Part shown: positions 47,558 to 58,991 of the stretch, one piece after another
Numbering within the stretch: the first letter of the stretch is position 1
Layout of the letters: the number at the start of each line of letters is the position of its first letter
Assembly (NCBI RefSeq): GCF_963921235.1
Contig: NC_086097.1
Location: forward strand, 204,788,001 to 204,852,000
Direction of reading: 5' to 3'
DNA length: 64,000 nucleotides
Origin: Mobula hypostoma
Taxonomy: Eukaryota
The notes under the pieces: generated by a model
Databases searched by the model: none
Seen by the model: only the letters and a program-made list of their open reading frames with translations
Told to the model about the DNA's origin: nothing
Translations under genes and position numbers: made by a program

Positions 47558-48936
47558 ATGTTGCGGTTCTATAAGGCTCTGATGAGATCACATGGAGTAT
47601 TGTATGCAATTTTGGGCTCCTTATTTTAGAAAGAATATACTGACATTGGAGAGGGTTCAGAGAAGATTCGCAAGAATAATTCCAAGAATGAAAGGTTCTG
47701 TACGAGGAACGTCTGGCAGCTCTTGGGCTGTATTCCCTGGAGTTTAGGAGAATGAGGAGGGACCTCATAGAAACATTCTGAATGTTAAAAGGCCTGAACA
47801 GATTAGATATGGCAAAGTTATTTGTCATGGTAGAGAATTCTAGGACAAGAGGGCACGACTTCAGGATTGAAGGACATCCATTTAGAACAGAGATGTGGAG
47901 AAATTACTTTAGTCAGAAGGTGGTAAATCTGTGGAATTTTATTGCCACGAGCAGCTGTGGAGGTCAAGTCATTGGGTGTATTTAAGGCAGAGATAGATAG
48001 GTTCTTGATTAACCAGGGCATTAAAGGGTATGGGGAGAAGGTAGGAGAGTGGGGATGACTGGAAGAATTGGATCAGCCTATGATTGAATGGCAGAGCAGA
48101 CTCCATGGCCAAATGGCCTACTTCTGCTCCTATATCTTATGATCTTATGGTTATTATTTCTCTGGCCTGATTTTCTAGTGGTCCTATAGCTACTCTTACC
48201 TCTTTTATTTTTTACATAGTTGAAAAAGCTTTCACAATCCACTTTAATATTGTTTGCTAGCTTGCTTTCATATTTCACCTTTTCCCTTCTAATGATTCCT
48301 TTAGTTGCTCTCTGTAGGTTTTAAAAGCTTCCCAATCCTCTGTCTTCCCACTGAATTTTTCCTTTTGCTCTTGCTTTGACATTTTTTTTCTATTTTACTT
48401 GCTCTAAGGTCTATTTGTAATCAGCCTAGTTCTCACTTCAGTTAGCAGTTTATCATTTGTTTTGTGCTTCTTATTCTGCTCTATTCTCTCTGTATATGAG
48501 CAAATTAGTTTCTACCTATAATATCAACAAAGTTTTCCAAAGGGGCACTGATTTGAGGTCTGCTGAGGAATAGTCTCTCAACTTGTACAAGTTCTACCTC
48601 TTCCAGGGCTGTCAACTAGGAATTCTCACTACCTCTTGTACTATCTTTTTAGCAATACATTTGTCGATGCAGTCTTTCTATTTCACATTTAATAAAGTGC
48701 CACATAATAGACTTATTCATAGGATGCATTGGTAGAAAATTGGTTAATCAACAGAAGATGGAGAGTTGGGATAAATGGATATTCCTCTAATTGGCTATCC
48801 ATAGTCAGCAGAATGCTACAAGGTCTGATGCTGGCCCACCACTGTTCACAATATACATTATTGATTTGGAAGAGGGGAGCAATGTAGCTTGTATATGTTT
48901 GTTGATGACACCAAATTAAGTGGAAAAGCAAAATTT

Positions 48937-49030
48937 TGAGAGCAACACTCACAACACGCTGGAGGAACTCAGCAGGTCAGGCAGCATCCGTGGAAAAAGA
49001 TCGGTCGACGTTTTGGGCCGGAACCCTTCA
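48937..49030 (-). mobile_element. PLE 3' terminal remnant inside an old CR1 fragment (~48700-49050)
   Basis: gctggaggaactcagcaggtcaggcagcatc...gtcgacgttttgggccggaacccttca, truncated within the hammerhead core. Confidence 0.7.
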
Positions 49031-49351
49031 GAGAGGTTAAGTGAATGGGTAGGTGTCTGACAGTTTCTTGCTTTGTGGGTACCTGTGAGCAAACAAATCT
49101 CAAGGTTGTAAATTTATACATTCCTTGATAATAAATGTACTTTTTAACTTTGAATCTTGAAGATTATAATTCTCAATCTCTTTCCTATTTTCCTGAAACC
49201 TACCTGCAAAAGCTAATCTCTTATCCTACATAAACCTTTAGCTTTAACATGCTCCCCTGGCCATTCATCCACTCCTCCAAAGTTTACTGCAGCCACTCAG
49301 TGATATCCTTAATCCTGGGACTATACCATCTTACTATTATATTTGCAACAC

Positions 49352-50462
49352 TGTGATGATATTGGGTTTGGTGACTGTGAAGTTCTAAACTCAAACAAAG
49401 CTCTGTAGCCCTATTGGATATACAAATGTAGATAGCTACAGTTATTCTCACTAAAAGGGAGATTATACTGTAACTACCTACTCTTCAAAAGCCAGTTCAC
49501 TTCCCTGTTTATCCTTCATGGTGGGACATGGTTTCCCTTTCTCTGCCCCTGCCCCCTCCACTAAGGAGGAGATGCTTCCAACTAACAAGGTAATTTTAGT
49601 ACGGTTCATTTATATTAGTGATACATGTTTAGTTCCAGGCAAAATTTTTAAAACACATCTAAAGCTCACAAAGGATTTTCTATCTTAAAAATTTCCAAAT
49701 CATAAACAATTTCTAAAACACAAGGTATTTCCAAAACACAGATAAAATTCCAATAAGCTAAAAAAGACATGTGAACAATGCAGATGAACAAATAGCCTGT
49801 CACAGAAAAGAAAGGCAGAGGAATGAATTCTAGTCACCCCATCTTTATATCATTTCTCTTGATGTTCTTTACCATTCCTAATGACTGCTCTCTACATTTA
49901 TAATATTTTTCTGCCACTTGTGTGACTTCACAAGTATGTGATATTTCTTCAGATATTCATTTTGGAGCAATTGTCTAAAAGCTTCTTGGAGACACAGTTC
50001 CAGATTCACAGAATTAATGCTGTGAAGCTGACTCTAAGGATACAAACTTCACAACTATTGACAGATCAACCGTTTGATATGCTAAGTTATATTCTCCATC
50101 TGATCTGCAAGGTTCCTTGAACTAAATACCTTAGCCAGCTTGTCTGGTTTGAGACAAGCCTAATAACCCATTGTTTTATACTACAACTGCTGAGAAATCA
50201 TTCTGGGTGCTGTGCCCTAACAACCTGCACTCGACAAACAACGCAGTTATTTCCAAAGATGTCCTTTCAACTTCAAACTGATTTTTGGCATTTGCATTAA
50301 AAACTGAAAATTGGCTCCCGTTTACAAAAAAAGCTAAATAAATAATATTAGTTGGAAGTCTATCTTCAAAAACAAATCATGGAGGATCTGCTGCTGTGTT
50401 TAGAATGTTAAGCTTGGCAAAAAAGTAGAGGCCCCCTGCCCAGGAAGCAACTATCTATCAGA
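49352..50462 (-). mobile_element. Old solo-LTR-like element (family X), copy 2, with 4-bp TSD
   Basis: Termini tgtgatga...ctatcaga. TSD acac at 49348-49351 and 50463-50466. TATAAAA on the minus strand near 50175. Confidence 0.72.
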
Positions 50463-50599
50463 ACACAAAATGCAATAGTGGCTATTGACTCATCTGTAAC
50501 TGTTTCTCTCTGTTACTGCCTCTTCCCTTTCTATCTATACAATTGAGCCACACATAGTACTGCAGTCTTGGTTCATCAGGGGAAATTGGCCCACTCCCC

Positions 50600-52160
50600 A
50601 TATCAGTACTTATTGGCTGTACATACCGGCTGTGTGATGAAGAAAGCACAACAGCACCTCTTTAACCTCAGATGGTTGAAGAAGTGCATCATGAGTCCCC
50701 AATTCCTAAGGACTTTCTACAGGGGCACAGTTGAGAGCACCCTGATTGGCTGTATCACTGCCTGGTATGGGAACTGTAATTCCCCCAATCGCAGGACTCT
50801 GTAGAGAGTGATGAACACAGCCTAGCGCATCTGTGGATGTGAACTTCCCACTATTCAGGACATTTACAGCAATAGGTGCATAAAAATTGCCTGAAGGATC
50901 ATTAGGGATCTGAGTCACCCTAACCACAAACTGTTCCAGCTGCTACCATCTGGAAAATGGTACCACAGCACTGAAGCCAGGACCAACAGACTCTGGGACA
51001 GCTTCTTCCACCAGACAATCAGACTGATTAACTCATGCTGACACAATTGTATTTCTAAGCTATATTGACTGTTCTGTTGTACATCTTACTGTATGTACTA
51101 TTTATTGCAAAGTACTATAATTTGCACTTTGCACATTTAGACAGAGATGTAACTGCCTCCACTCTTTAAGAAAGGAGGAAGGCAGTAGAAAAGAAATTAT
51201 AGACCAGTTAGCCTGACCTCAGTTGTTGGGAAGATGTTAGAGTCAATTGTTAAGGATGAGGTGATGGAGTACTTGGTGACACAGGACAAGTTAGTACAAA
51301 GTCAGCACGGTTTCCTTCAGGGAAAATCCTGTCTGACAAGCCTATTGGAATTCTTTGAAGAGATTACAAGTAGGATAGATATAGGCAATGCAGTGGATGT
51401 TGTCCATTTGGAATTTCAGAAGGCCTTTGACAAGGTGCTACACATGAGGCTGCTTACCAAGTTCAGAGCCCATGGTATTACAGGAAAGTTACTAATGTGG
51501 TTAGAGAATTGGCTGATAGGTAGAAGGCAGCAAGTAGGAATAAAACGATCCTTTTCTAGTTGACTGCCAGTGACTAGTGGTGTTCCGCAGGTGTCGGTGT
51601 TAGGACCACTTCTTTTTATGCTGTGCATAAATGATATAGATGATGGAATAGATGTCTTTGTTGCTAAGTTTGCAGATGAAATGAAGATTGGTGGAAGGGC
51701 AGGTAGTGTTGAGGAAACATGGAGAATGACTCAGACAGATTAGGAAAATGTGGAAAGGATATTTCCCATGGCGGAAGAGTCTACGACAAGAGAGCACAGT
51801 CTCAGCATAGAGGAGCGCCCTTTCAAAACAGAGATGCGGAGAAATTTCTTTAGCTAAAGGGTGGTGAATTTGTGGAATTTGTTGCCACGTGCAGCTGTGG
51901 AGGCCAGGTTGTTGGGTGTATTTAAGGCAGAGATTAAGGCTTTGATTGGACATGGCATCAAAGGTTACAGGGAGAAGGCTGGGAAATGGGGTTGAGGAGG
52001 AGGGGAAAGAAAGGATCAGCCATGATTGAATGACAGAGCAGACTCAATGGACCAGATGGCTTAATTCTGCTCCTATGTCTTATGGTCTTATAGTAACATG
52101 AAGATTTTTACTCCTCACTTATGTGAAAGATGTAAGAAATAAAATCAATTTAATTCAATA
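50600..52160 (+). mobile_element. Rex1/Babar-like LINE 3' fragment (50600-51153 and 52093-52160) split by a CR1
   Basis: KKAQQHLFNLRWLKK...FYRGTVESTLIGCITAWYGNC. The 3' UTR resumes after the CR1 and ends aataaaatcaatttaattcaat. Confidence 0.82.
51154..52092 (+). mobile_element. CR1 LINE fragment with internal deletion and 5-bp TSD
   Basis: RT ORF 51234-51563, deletion near 51745 and tail tcttatggtcttat. gtaac at 51149-51153 and 52093-52097. Confidence 0.88.
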
Positions 52161-55094
52161 CTTGGAACTGAATACCATTTAAACATTAAGAGGTTCTCAG
52201 AAGTCTCTTATAAGGCCTGGTTGCACCTTCTGCTAATCACCCAATCCCACTCCATCTCTTAGCATGATTCCCTTTTGCGTTTTCAACAAAGTACTCAATC
52301 TCGTCGATGAATCTTAGTAGTATTAGCTGTTGCTTAAGCTCCAAATTAAGACTTGTCTACTAGACAACACTCCTACACCTGTGGATATCTAGGTCAAAGG
52401 AAGCATTCTACATTTCCCACAGGACACAAGATATACACTTGCTACTCTGGCAGTGCCCTATAATACCTTTAGATTAACTAAGTCAATAGCTATACTTACA
52501 ATACTGTTTTTTTAATGCTTCTTTAGTTACACATGTTCCCAGTGCCCACTTTCTGTTTCTGCAGAGGTTGAACCATTTTTTAAGATTTTAAATTTATACT
52601 GTTTTACAGTTTAAACATTTTGCTGAAAAGGGAATGGTAATTTCATTATGCTGTTTACTCAGTACTGCTGCATTTTCAAAGAGGATGCTGTGTCAATGAT
52701 CATAAATGAAACAAGAGTATCCCACAAGTGAATACGTCAGAGTTATCTGGAATTACAAAGCAATATGCTTAATGATCTACAAGAATGAAGTCTTTTAGGA
52801 ATTGTTAGCAAATTAACTGAGAATGAAGTACAGGGACTTTGAAATAGCAAATGCAAAGCTTGTTTGTCAAAATTACCATGAGAGATGCTTTAGAAAGCAA
52901 AGCACATCCAAATGATTTTATTTGTGGTTCAAATATAAGACTATTATCCTTCTGCCAAGTGGAAGTCTGGAAAACTGGATGTGAACTGGTGAAATCTTTG
53001 AAGAAACTGCAGCTTTCTGTTATCGTGGCTTAAGTGAACTGGGTATGCACTTAGTGCTATGTTGCCAGTAATCTGAAAAGCACTGATTGCTGGAACAGCA
53101 CATACAGATATTTCTATTCAGTTAAGTCCATAGGAACATCAAAGAAATCAGGAAATTAGATCACTTATGAGAAATACAATTCAAGTCATGGAGAAAAATA
53201 AATGCATCACATTTGGCTAAGTGACTAGAGCTTGCACTCGGTCAAGCAGAAGAGAGAGAGTAATAGAAAGGTGAATGAAAGTGAAATTCAGCAGTAGAGT
53301 GTGTGACATTCATCTTAAGATACACTGAAACTACTGCACAGCACATAATAATCCCTCATTACTGGGAGACAGGTATTAGAGGGGCCGTGACCAGTATTTC
53401 AAGTCAATAATAAAGGGAGGCAAACTCTTCAGAATTCACAACATATGCCGGTGATATTAAATCAGATTCTGATTTGAACCACACTCTCTGTATGTTAAAC
53501 TGTGACCCCCACCACTTAACCCTAATCTCACCATTCTCTCACCTCTGTGCCATGCTGAATATGTAAATGTTCTTGATGTCTGCAAGATATTGACAATGTA
53601 GAATATTTTCTGTGTTATTCCTAACTCACTGCTACAACTCTAATAGGAGTTCAGGGAAAAAAAAATAGGCAAACTCAACTTAAACTGTATTCCAAGGCCA
53701 TAAGACCGAGGAGCAGAATTAGGCCATTTAACCCATCAAGTATACTTTGCCATTCCATCATGGCTGATCTCGGATCACACTCAACCCATACACCTGCCTT
53801 CTCGCCATTTCCCTTAATGCCCTGACTGATCAGGAAACAATTAATTTCTGCCTTAAGTATTTGCACAGACTTGGCCTTTACCGCTGTCTGTGGCAGAGCA
53901 TTCCACAGATTTACTACTCTCTGACTACAAAAAATTCCTCCTTACCTCTGTTCCAAAGGGTCATCCCTCAATTTTGAGACTGTGTCTTCTCGTTTTGGAT
54001 ACTCCCACCATAGGAAACATCCTCTCCACATACACCTGTGTAGTCCTTTCAAAATTTGGTAGATTGCAATGAGATCCCTCAACCTTCTTCTAAATTCCAG
54101 TGAGTTCAGGCCCAAAGCTCCGAAATGCTCCTCATATGTTAACCCCTTCATTCCCAGAGTCATCCTCGTGAAATTCCTCTGGACTCTCTCCAATGACAAC
54201 ACATCCTTTCTGAGATATGGTGCCCAAAACTGTTGACAATACTTCAAGTGCGGCCTGACTAGTGCCTTATAAGGACTCAGCATTATCTCCTTGCTTTTAT
54301 ATTTTATTCCACTTGAAATAAATGCCAATGTTACATTTGCCTTCTTTAACACAGCCTCAACCTGTAAATTAACCTTCTGGGAATCTTGCACAGGGACTCC
54401 TAAGTCCCTCTGCACCTGACATATTTGAACCTTCTCCCCATTTAGATAATAGTCTTCACTATTGTTCCTTTTACCAAAATGCATTCTCATATATTTCCCA
54501 ACACTGCATTCCATCTTCCACTTCTTTGCCCATTCTTCCAATTTGTCTAAGTCCTGTTGCAATCACATTGCTTCCTCAGCAGTACCTACCCCTCCACCTG
54601 CCTTCATATCATCTGCAAACTTTGCCACAAAGCCATCAATTCCATTATCCAAATCATTGACGAAGAATGTGAATATTAGCGGTCCCTATATTGACCCCTG
54701 AGGAACACCAGTAGTCACCAGCAGCCAACCACAAAAGGCCCCTTTTATTCCCACTCGCTGCCTCTTGCCTGTCAGCCATCCACTATCTGTGTCAGTATCT
54801 TTCCTGTAATGACAGAGGATTTTATCTTGTTAAGCAGCCTCATGTGTGGCACCTTATCAAGCGCCATCTGAAGATCCAAGTAAATAACATCCACCACCTC
54901 CCCTTTGTCCATCCTGCTCATTACATCCTCGAAGAACTCTAACATATTTGCCAGGCAAGATTTCCCTCTACAGAAACCATGCTGACTTTGACTTGTTTTA
55001 TCATTGGTCTCCAAGTACACTGAAATCTCATCCTTAATAATAAACTCCAACACTTTCCCAACCACTGGGGTTAGGCTAACTGGCCTATAATTTC

Positions 55095-55210
55095 AAGCAA
55101 CACACATAAAAGTTGCTGGTGAATGCAACAGGCCAGGCAACATCTCTAGGAAGAGGTGCAGTCGACGTTTCAGGCCGAGACCCTTCGTCAGGACTGTTGT
55201 TTGTTGTTGT
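55095..55210 (-). mobile_element. ~115-bp PLE terminal insertion with 14-bp TSD and (TGT)n filler
   Basis: TSD tggcctataatttc at 55081-55094 and 55211-55224. Confidence 0.88.
55159..55196 (-). ncRNA. Minimal type-I hammerhead ribozyme motif (intact, GUC site)
   Basis: Minus strand reads cagtc-CTGACGA-agg gtctcgg cct-GAAA-CG-TC-gactg, with a 5-bp stem I. Confidence 0.75.
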
Positions 55211-55786
55211 TGGCCTATAATTTCCTTTCTTTTGCCTTCCTCCCTTCTTAAAGAGTGGAGTAGCATTTGCAATCTTCTAGTCCTCTGGGACCATGTCAGA
55301 GTCAAGTGATCTTTGAAAGATCACTACCAATGCATCTGTTATCTCATCAGCAACCTCTCTCAGGACTTTGGGATGTAGTCCATCTGGCCCAGGTGACTTA
55401 TCCACTTTAAGACTTTTGAGTTTGCCTAGCAGCTTTTTTTCTGTAATACAATGGCACTCACTCCTGCTCCCTGACACTCACAGACCTCTGGCACACGGCT
55501 AGTGTCTTCCACGGTGAAGACAGATGCACAGTACTCATTAAGTTCATATGCCATTTCTTTGTCCCCCCCCCCCTATTACTACTTCACCAGCATCATTTTC
55601 CAGTGGTCCAATATCAACTCCAACCTCCCTTTTATTTTTTATATAACGGGAAAAAAAAACCTTTGGTGTCCTGCTTTATATTATTAGCTAGTCCGCCCTC
55701 ATATTTCATCTTTTCCATTCTTATAGTTTTTTTTAGTTGCCTTTTGTTGGATTTTAAAAGCTTCCAATTCATCCAACTTCCCACTT

Positions 55787-56979
55787 AGGCATGGGATCCA
55801 GGGAAGTTTGGCCCGGTGGATTCAGAATTGGCTTGCCTGAAGAAGGCAGAGGGTTGTAGTGGAGGGATTACATTCAAATTGTTAGTAGTGGTGTCCCACA
55901 AGTATCTGTTCTGGGACCTCTACTTTTCGTGATTTTTATTAACAACCTGGATGTGGGGGTAGAGGGGTGGGCTGGCAAGTTTGCAGACGACACTAAGGTT
56001 GGTGGTGTTGTAGATAGTGTAGAGGATTGTCAAAGATTGCAGAGAGACATTGATAGGATGCAGAAGTGGGCTGAGAAGTGGCAGATGGAGTTCAACCCAG
56101 AGATGTGTGAGGTGGTACACTTTGGAAGGACAAACTCCAAGGCAGAGTACAAAGTAAATGGCAGGGTACTTAGTAGTGTGGCGGAGCAGTGGGATCTGGG
56201 GGTACATATACACAGATCCCTGAAAGTTGCCTCACAGGTAGATAGGGTAGTTAAGAAAGCTTATGGGGTGTTAGCTTTCATAAGTCGAGGGATAGAGTTT
56301 AAGAGTCGCGATGTAATGATGCAGCTCTATAAAACTCTGGTTAGGCCACAATTGGAGTACTGTAAACAACAGGAATTCTGCAGATGCTGGAAATTCAAGC
56401 AACATACATCAAAGTTGCTGGTGAACGCAGCAGGCCAAGCAGCATCTATAGGAAGTACTGTGTCCAGTTTTGGTTGCCTCACTATAGGAAGGATGTGGAA
56501 GCATTGGAAAGGGTACAGAGGAGATTTACCAGGATGCTGCCTGGTTTAGAGAGTATGCAATATGATCAGAGATTAAGGGAGCTAGGGCTTTATTCTTTGG
56601 AGAGAAGGAGGATGAGAGGAGACATGATAGAGGTGTACAAGATAATAAGAGGAATAGATAGAGTGGATAGCCAGCGCCTCTTCCCCAGGGCACCACTGCT
56701 CAATGCAAGGGGACATGGCTTTAAGGTAAGGGGTGGGAAGTTCAAGGGGGATATTAGAGGAAGGTTTTTTACTCAGAGAGTGGTTGGTGCGTGGAATGCA
56801 CTGCCTGAGTCAGTGGTGGAGGCAGATACACTTGTGAAGTTGAAGAGACTACTAGACAAGTATATGGAGGAATTTAAGGTGGGGGGTTATATGGGAGGCA
56901 GGGTTTGAGGGTCGGCAAAACATTGTGAACTGAAGGGCCTGTACTGTGCTGTACTATTCTATGTTCTATATGTTCTATG
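55787..56979 (+). mobile_element. Younger CR1 LINE 3' fragment, (TTCTATG)n-tailed group, with 8-bp TSD
   Basis: ORFs 55929-56908 (KFADDTK...). ttcccact at 55778-55785 and 56980-56987. Confidence 0.92.
56364..56453 (-). mobile_element. 90-bp PLE terminal insertion with 8-bp TSD
   Basis: agtactgt at 56356-56363 and 56454-56461. It splits the CR1 LEYC-VQFW motif. Confidence 0.85.
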
Positions 56980-58532
56980 TTCCCACTCACTTTTGCTACC
57001 TTCTCCGCCCTTTCAAAGCCAAAGGGGAGCAAAAGTTGCAAATAATCCTATTATTCTTCAGCAGAGGTGGTCAGTATAACTTTAGGATCTGTAGCCTAAA
57101 TGAAACAACAAAGCATTTGATAAATCTCTCCAATCTAAAAAGACAATAACTATTATTTGCATTACAGTGAAACTAAATAAGAAAAAGTGTTTTCTCACAG
57201 AATGTCGGCAGGTCATGTTCTACTACACAACATTTCTTTATACTTTTGTATAGATTGCTCTGCCAAGAGGCTCACACAAAACTAGTGAGAGTCCCCGCCA
57301 ATCCAGCTCTGCCTTAAAATATCTTTTCAGATGTACACTTTGTATTTCTTTACCTATATTGGATCGCAATTGTTTAAATAGAAGGTTATAGTGAGATTTA
57401 AAATAGTGTTTTATTCCATTATACATTGATATAGTACTTAGTTGCAGCAGCTTATAGGTATGAAACAAACTACCTGGCAGGCTACCCCAGTTAATTCATC
57501 CATATATATATAATCCGGAAAATAGTAGCAATGCATCTTTCTTCTGGGTTCAGTCTGAACCATCTAAATGGGGAAAGTTGGTCAAGGATCAAAGCAGTAA
57601 AATTGATAACTTATTTTTAGGGAAGTTCATTTAAGTTGATGAAACAATGCAAATGATGATATATAAACAAAAACACAATAATATGACATAAAATGTTACA
57701 TGAAATTACCAGAAGTATGATCTAAAAGACAATAGACTGTTGTATTGTAGTATGACCTCTATATTCTGCACTTTATGAGCTTTTAATTCCAACCTGCTGC
57801 ATACATAAATATATGCTCCACTCTTTCAACAGGAGTTCAATTCTGTTTGTGTTTCCTTGCATGTTATTATTTAATTTTTGCTTTCTCTGGAGTGATCTAG
57901 ACAAAACTCATTCTGAACATGGAGAATTTTGGCTCATATATACTGTAATTGTAATTTTCCAAAAATATTTCCTGAGTCTCCTTACTTCATAAAAATCACA
58001 CTAATTACAATTCAACACAGCCCTCAATTTTGATTGTACGATCTTCATCATTGCCTCATGAATGTCCAGTTATAGGGAGTTAATTTGACAGAGGTTACCA
58101 ACATTCTAACCTTCATCTGATGTTTTCACTTACAAACACTTGTTGAGGACACACAAAACCACAATGCAGCCATCTTGCTATCCATGCAATGACTTACAAC
58201 TTTTAACAATAATTGTCACTAATAGGGGTCCAGAAGAAATGTTTTTTTTTGGTGAACATTTTTTTCAGAGTTTACCTTCTAGCTTCCAGTAAATTTGATA
58301 ATTTCAGTACTCTATTCTATACAGTATCTTGGGATAGGAAATTTAATCATTTTTTTGTTCTACATTTATTCACTGTAAGTTATATATTCTTCTTGAAGTT
58401 ATGATGGAACTGCACATTGAGCTAGTAAATTCACCCGTCACGTGCAGGGAAACTGTGATCCATTGCCCTGATTCGCCTTAAGATACCTGCTTGAGCACGT
58501 TCCTTACTGATTAGAGTGTAATCAAAGTTCTT

Positions 58533-58735
58533 CTGGAATTGGAATTAATTTGTTACTGACACATGTACCGAGATACCGTGAAAATAGTAGTTTTGCATGT
58601 AATCTATACAGATCATTTCAAAATGCACGTTCATTGAGGTAGTACAAAGGGAAAAGCAATAACAGAATGCAAGAAGTGTTACAGTCACAGCGGAAGTGCA
58701 GTGCAGGTAGACAAGAGATAGATTGTGAGGTCAAG
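58533..58735 (-). mobile_element. Rex1/Babar-like 3' UTR fragment
   Basis: ggaattggaatt tail followed by cacatgtaccgagatac..gtgaaaa, reminiscent of the other Rex 3' ends in this window. Confidence 0.45.
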
Positions 58736-58991
58736 TGTTTACTCTCTGGAAGGCTGATTTGACATCTGCAGTGATAACTGTGGACACAGGTATGATGGAT
58801 GCTATTCAATTGGGTGGTGTCATTTGTTGCCATCCTGTTCAAAACATGCATAGAATGCATTAAGCTCATCAGGGAGGATGCATAATTATCGGTGATTCTG
58901 CCTAACATCATTTTGTAGCTTTTTGCAATATTCAAGCCTCATCAAAGCTGATGGCTGGTTTCAGTCTCAGTTTTGGTCTGGTATTGTCTTT

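Larger units (their letters stand above)
43190..48149 (+). mobile_element. CR1 LINE (segments 43190-44200 and 47558-48149) inserted in the minus-strand CR1
   Basis: RT ORFs 43409-44227 end at KSRDVML and resume at 47564 (RFYKAL...). Tail tcttatgatcttatg. Confidence 0.88.
41499..48380 (-). mobile_element. CR1 LINE (segments 41499-43189 and 48150-48380) split by nested insertions
   Basis: Tail agaccataagac and RT ORFs 41561-41872 and 42712-43059. The sequence resumes at 48150 (KYESKLANNIK ORF), with gtta at both junctions. Confidence 0.85.
53695..57000 (-). mobile_element. CR1 LINE (53695-55785 and 56980-57000) with PLE and CR1 insertions
   Basis: ORFs 53942-54562, 54772-55065 and 55277-55477 (KSPGPDGLHP). 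Confidence 0.9.

Noticed and set aside
40001..50462. The two family-X LTRs as the ends of one provirus
   Set aside because: Copy 2 has its own TSD, the copies are strongly diverged, and the interval holds CR1s with no gag/pol, PBS or PPT that I could see.
57238..57468. 76-aa minus-strand ORF as a host exon
   Set aside because: No recognisable domain or convincing splice pair, and the length is compatible with chance.
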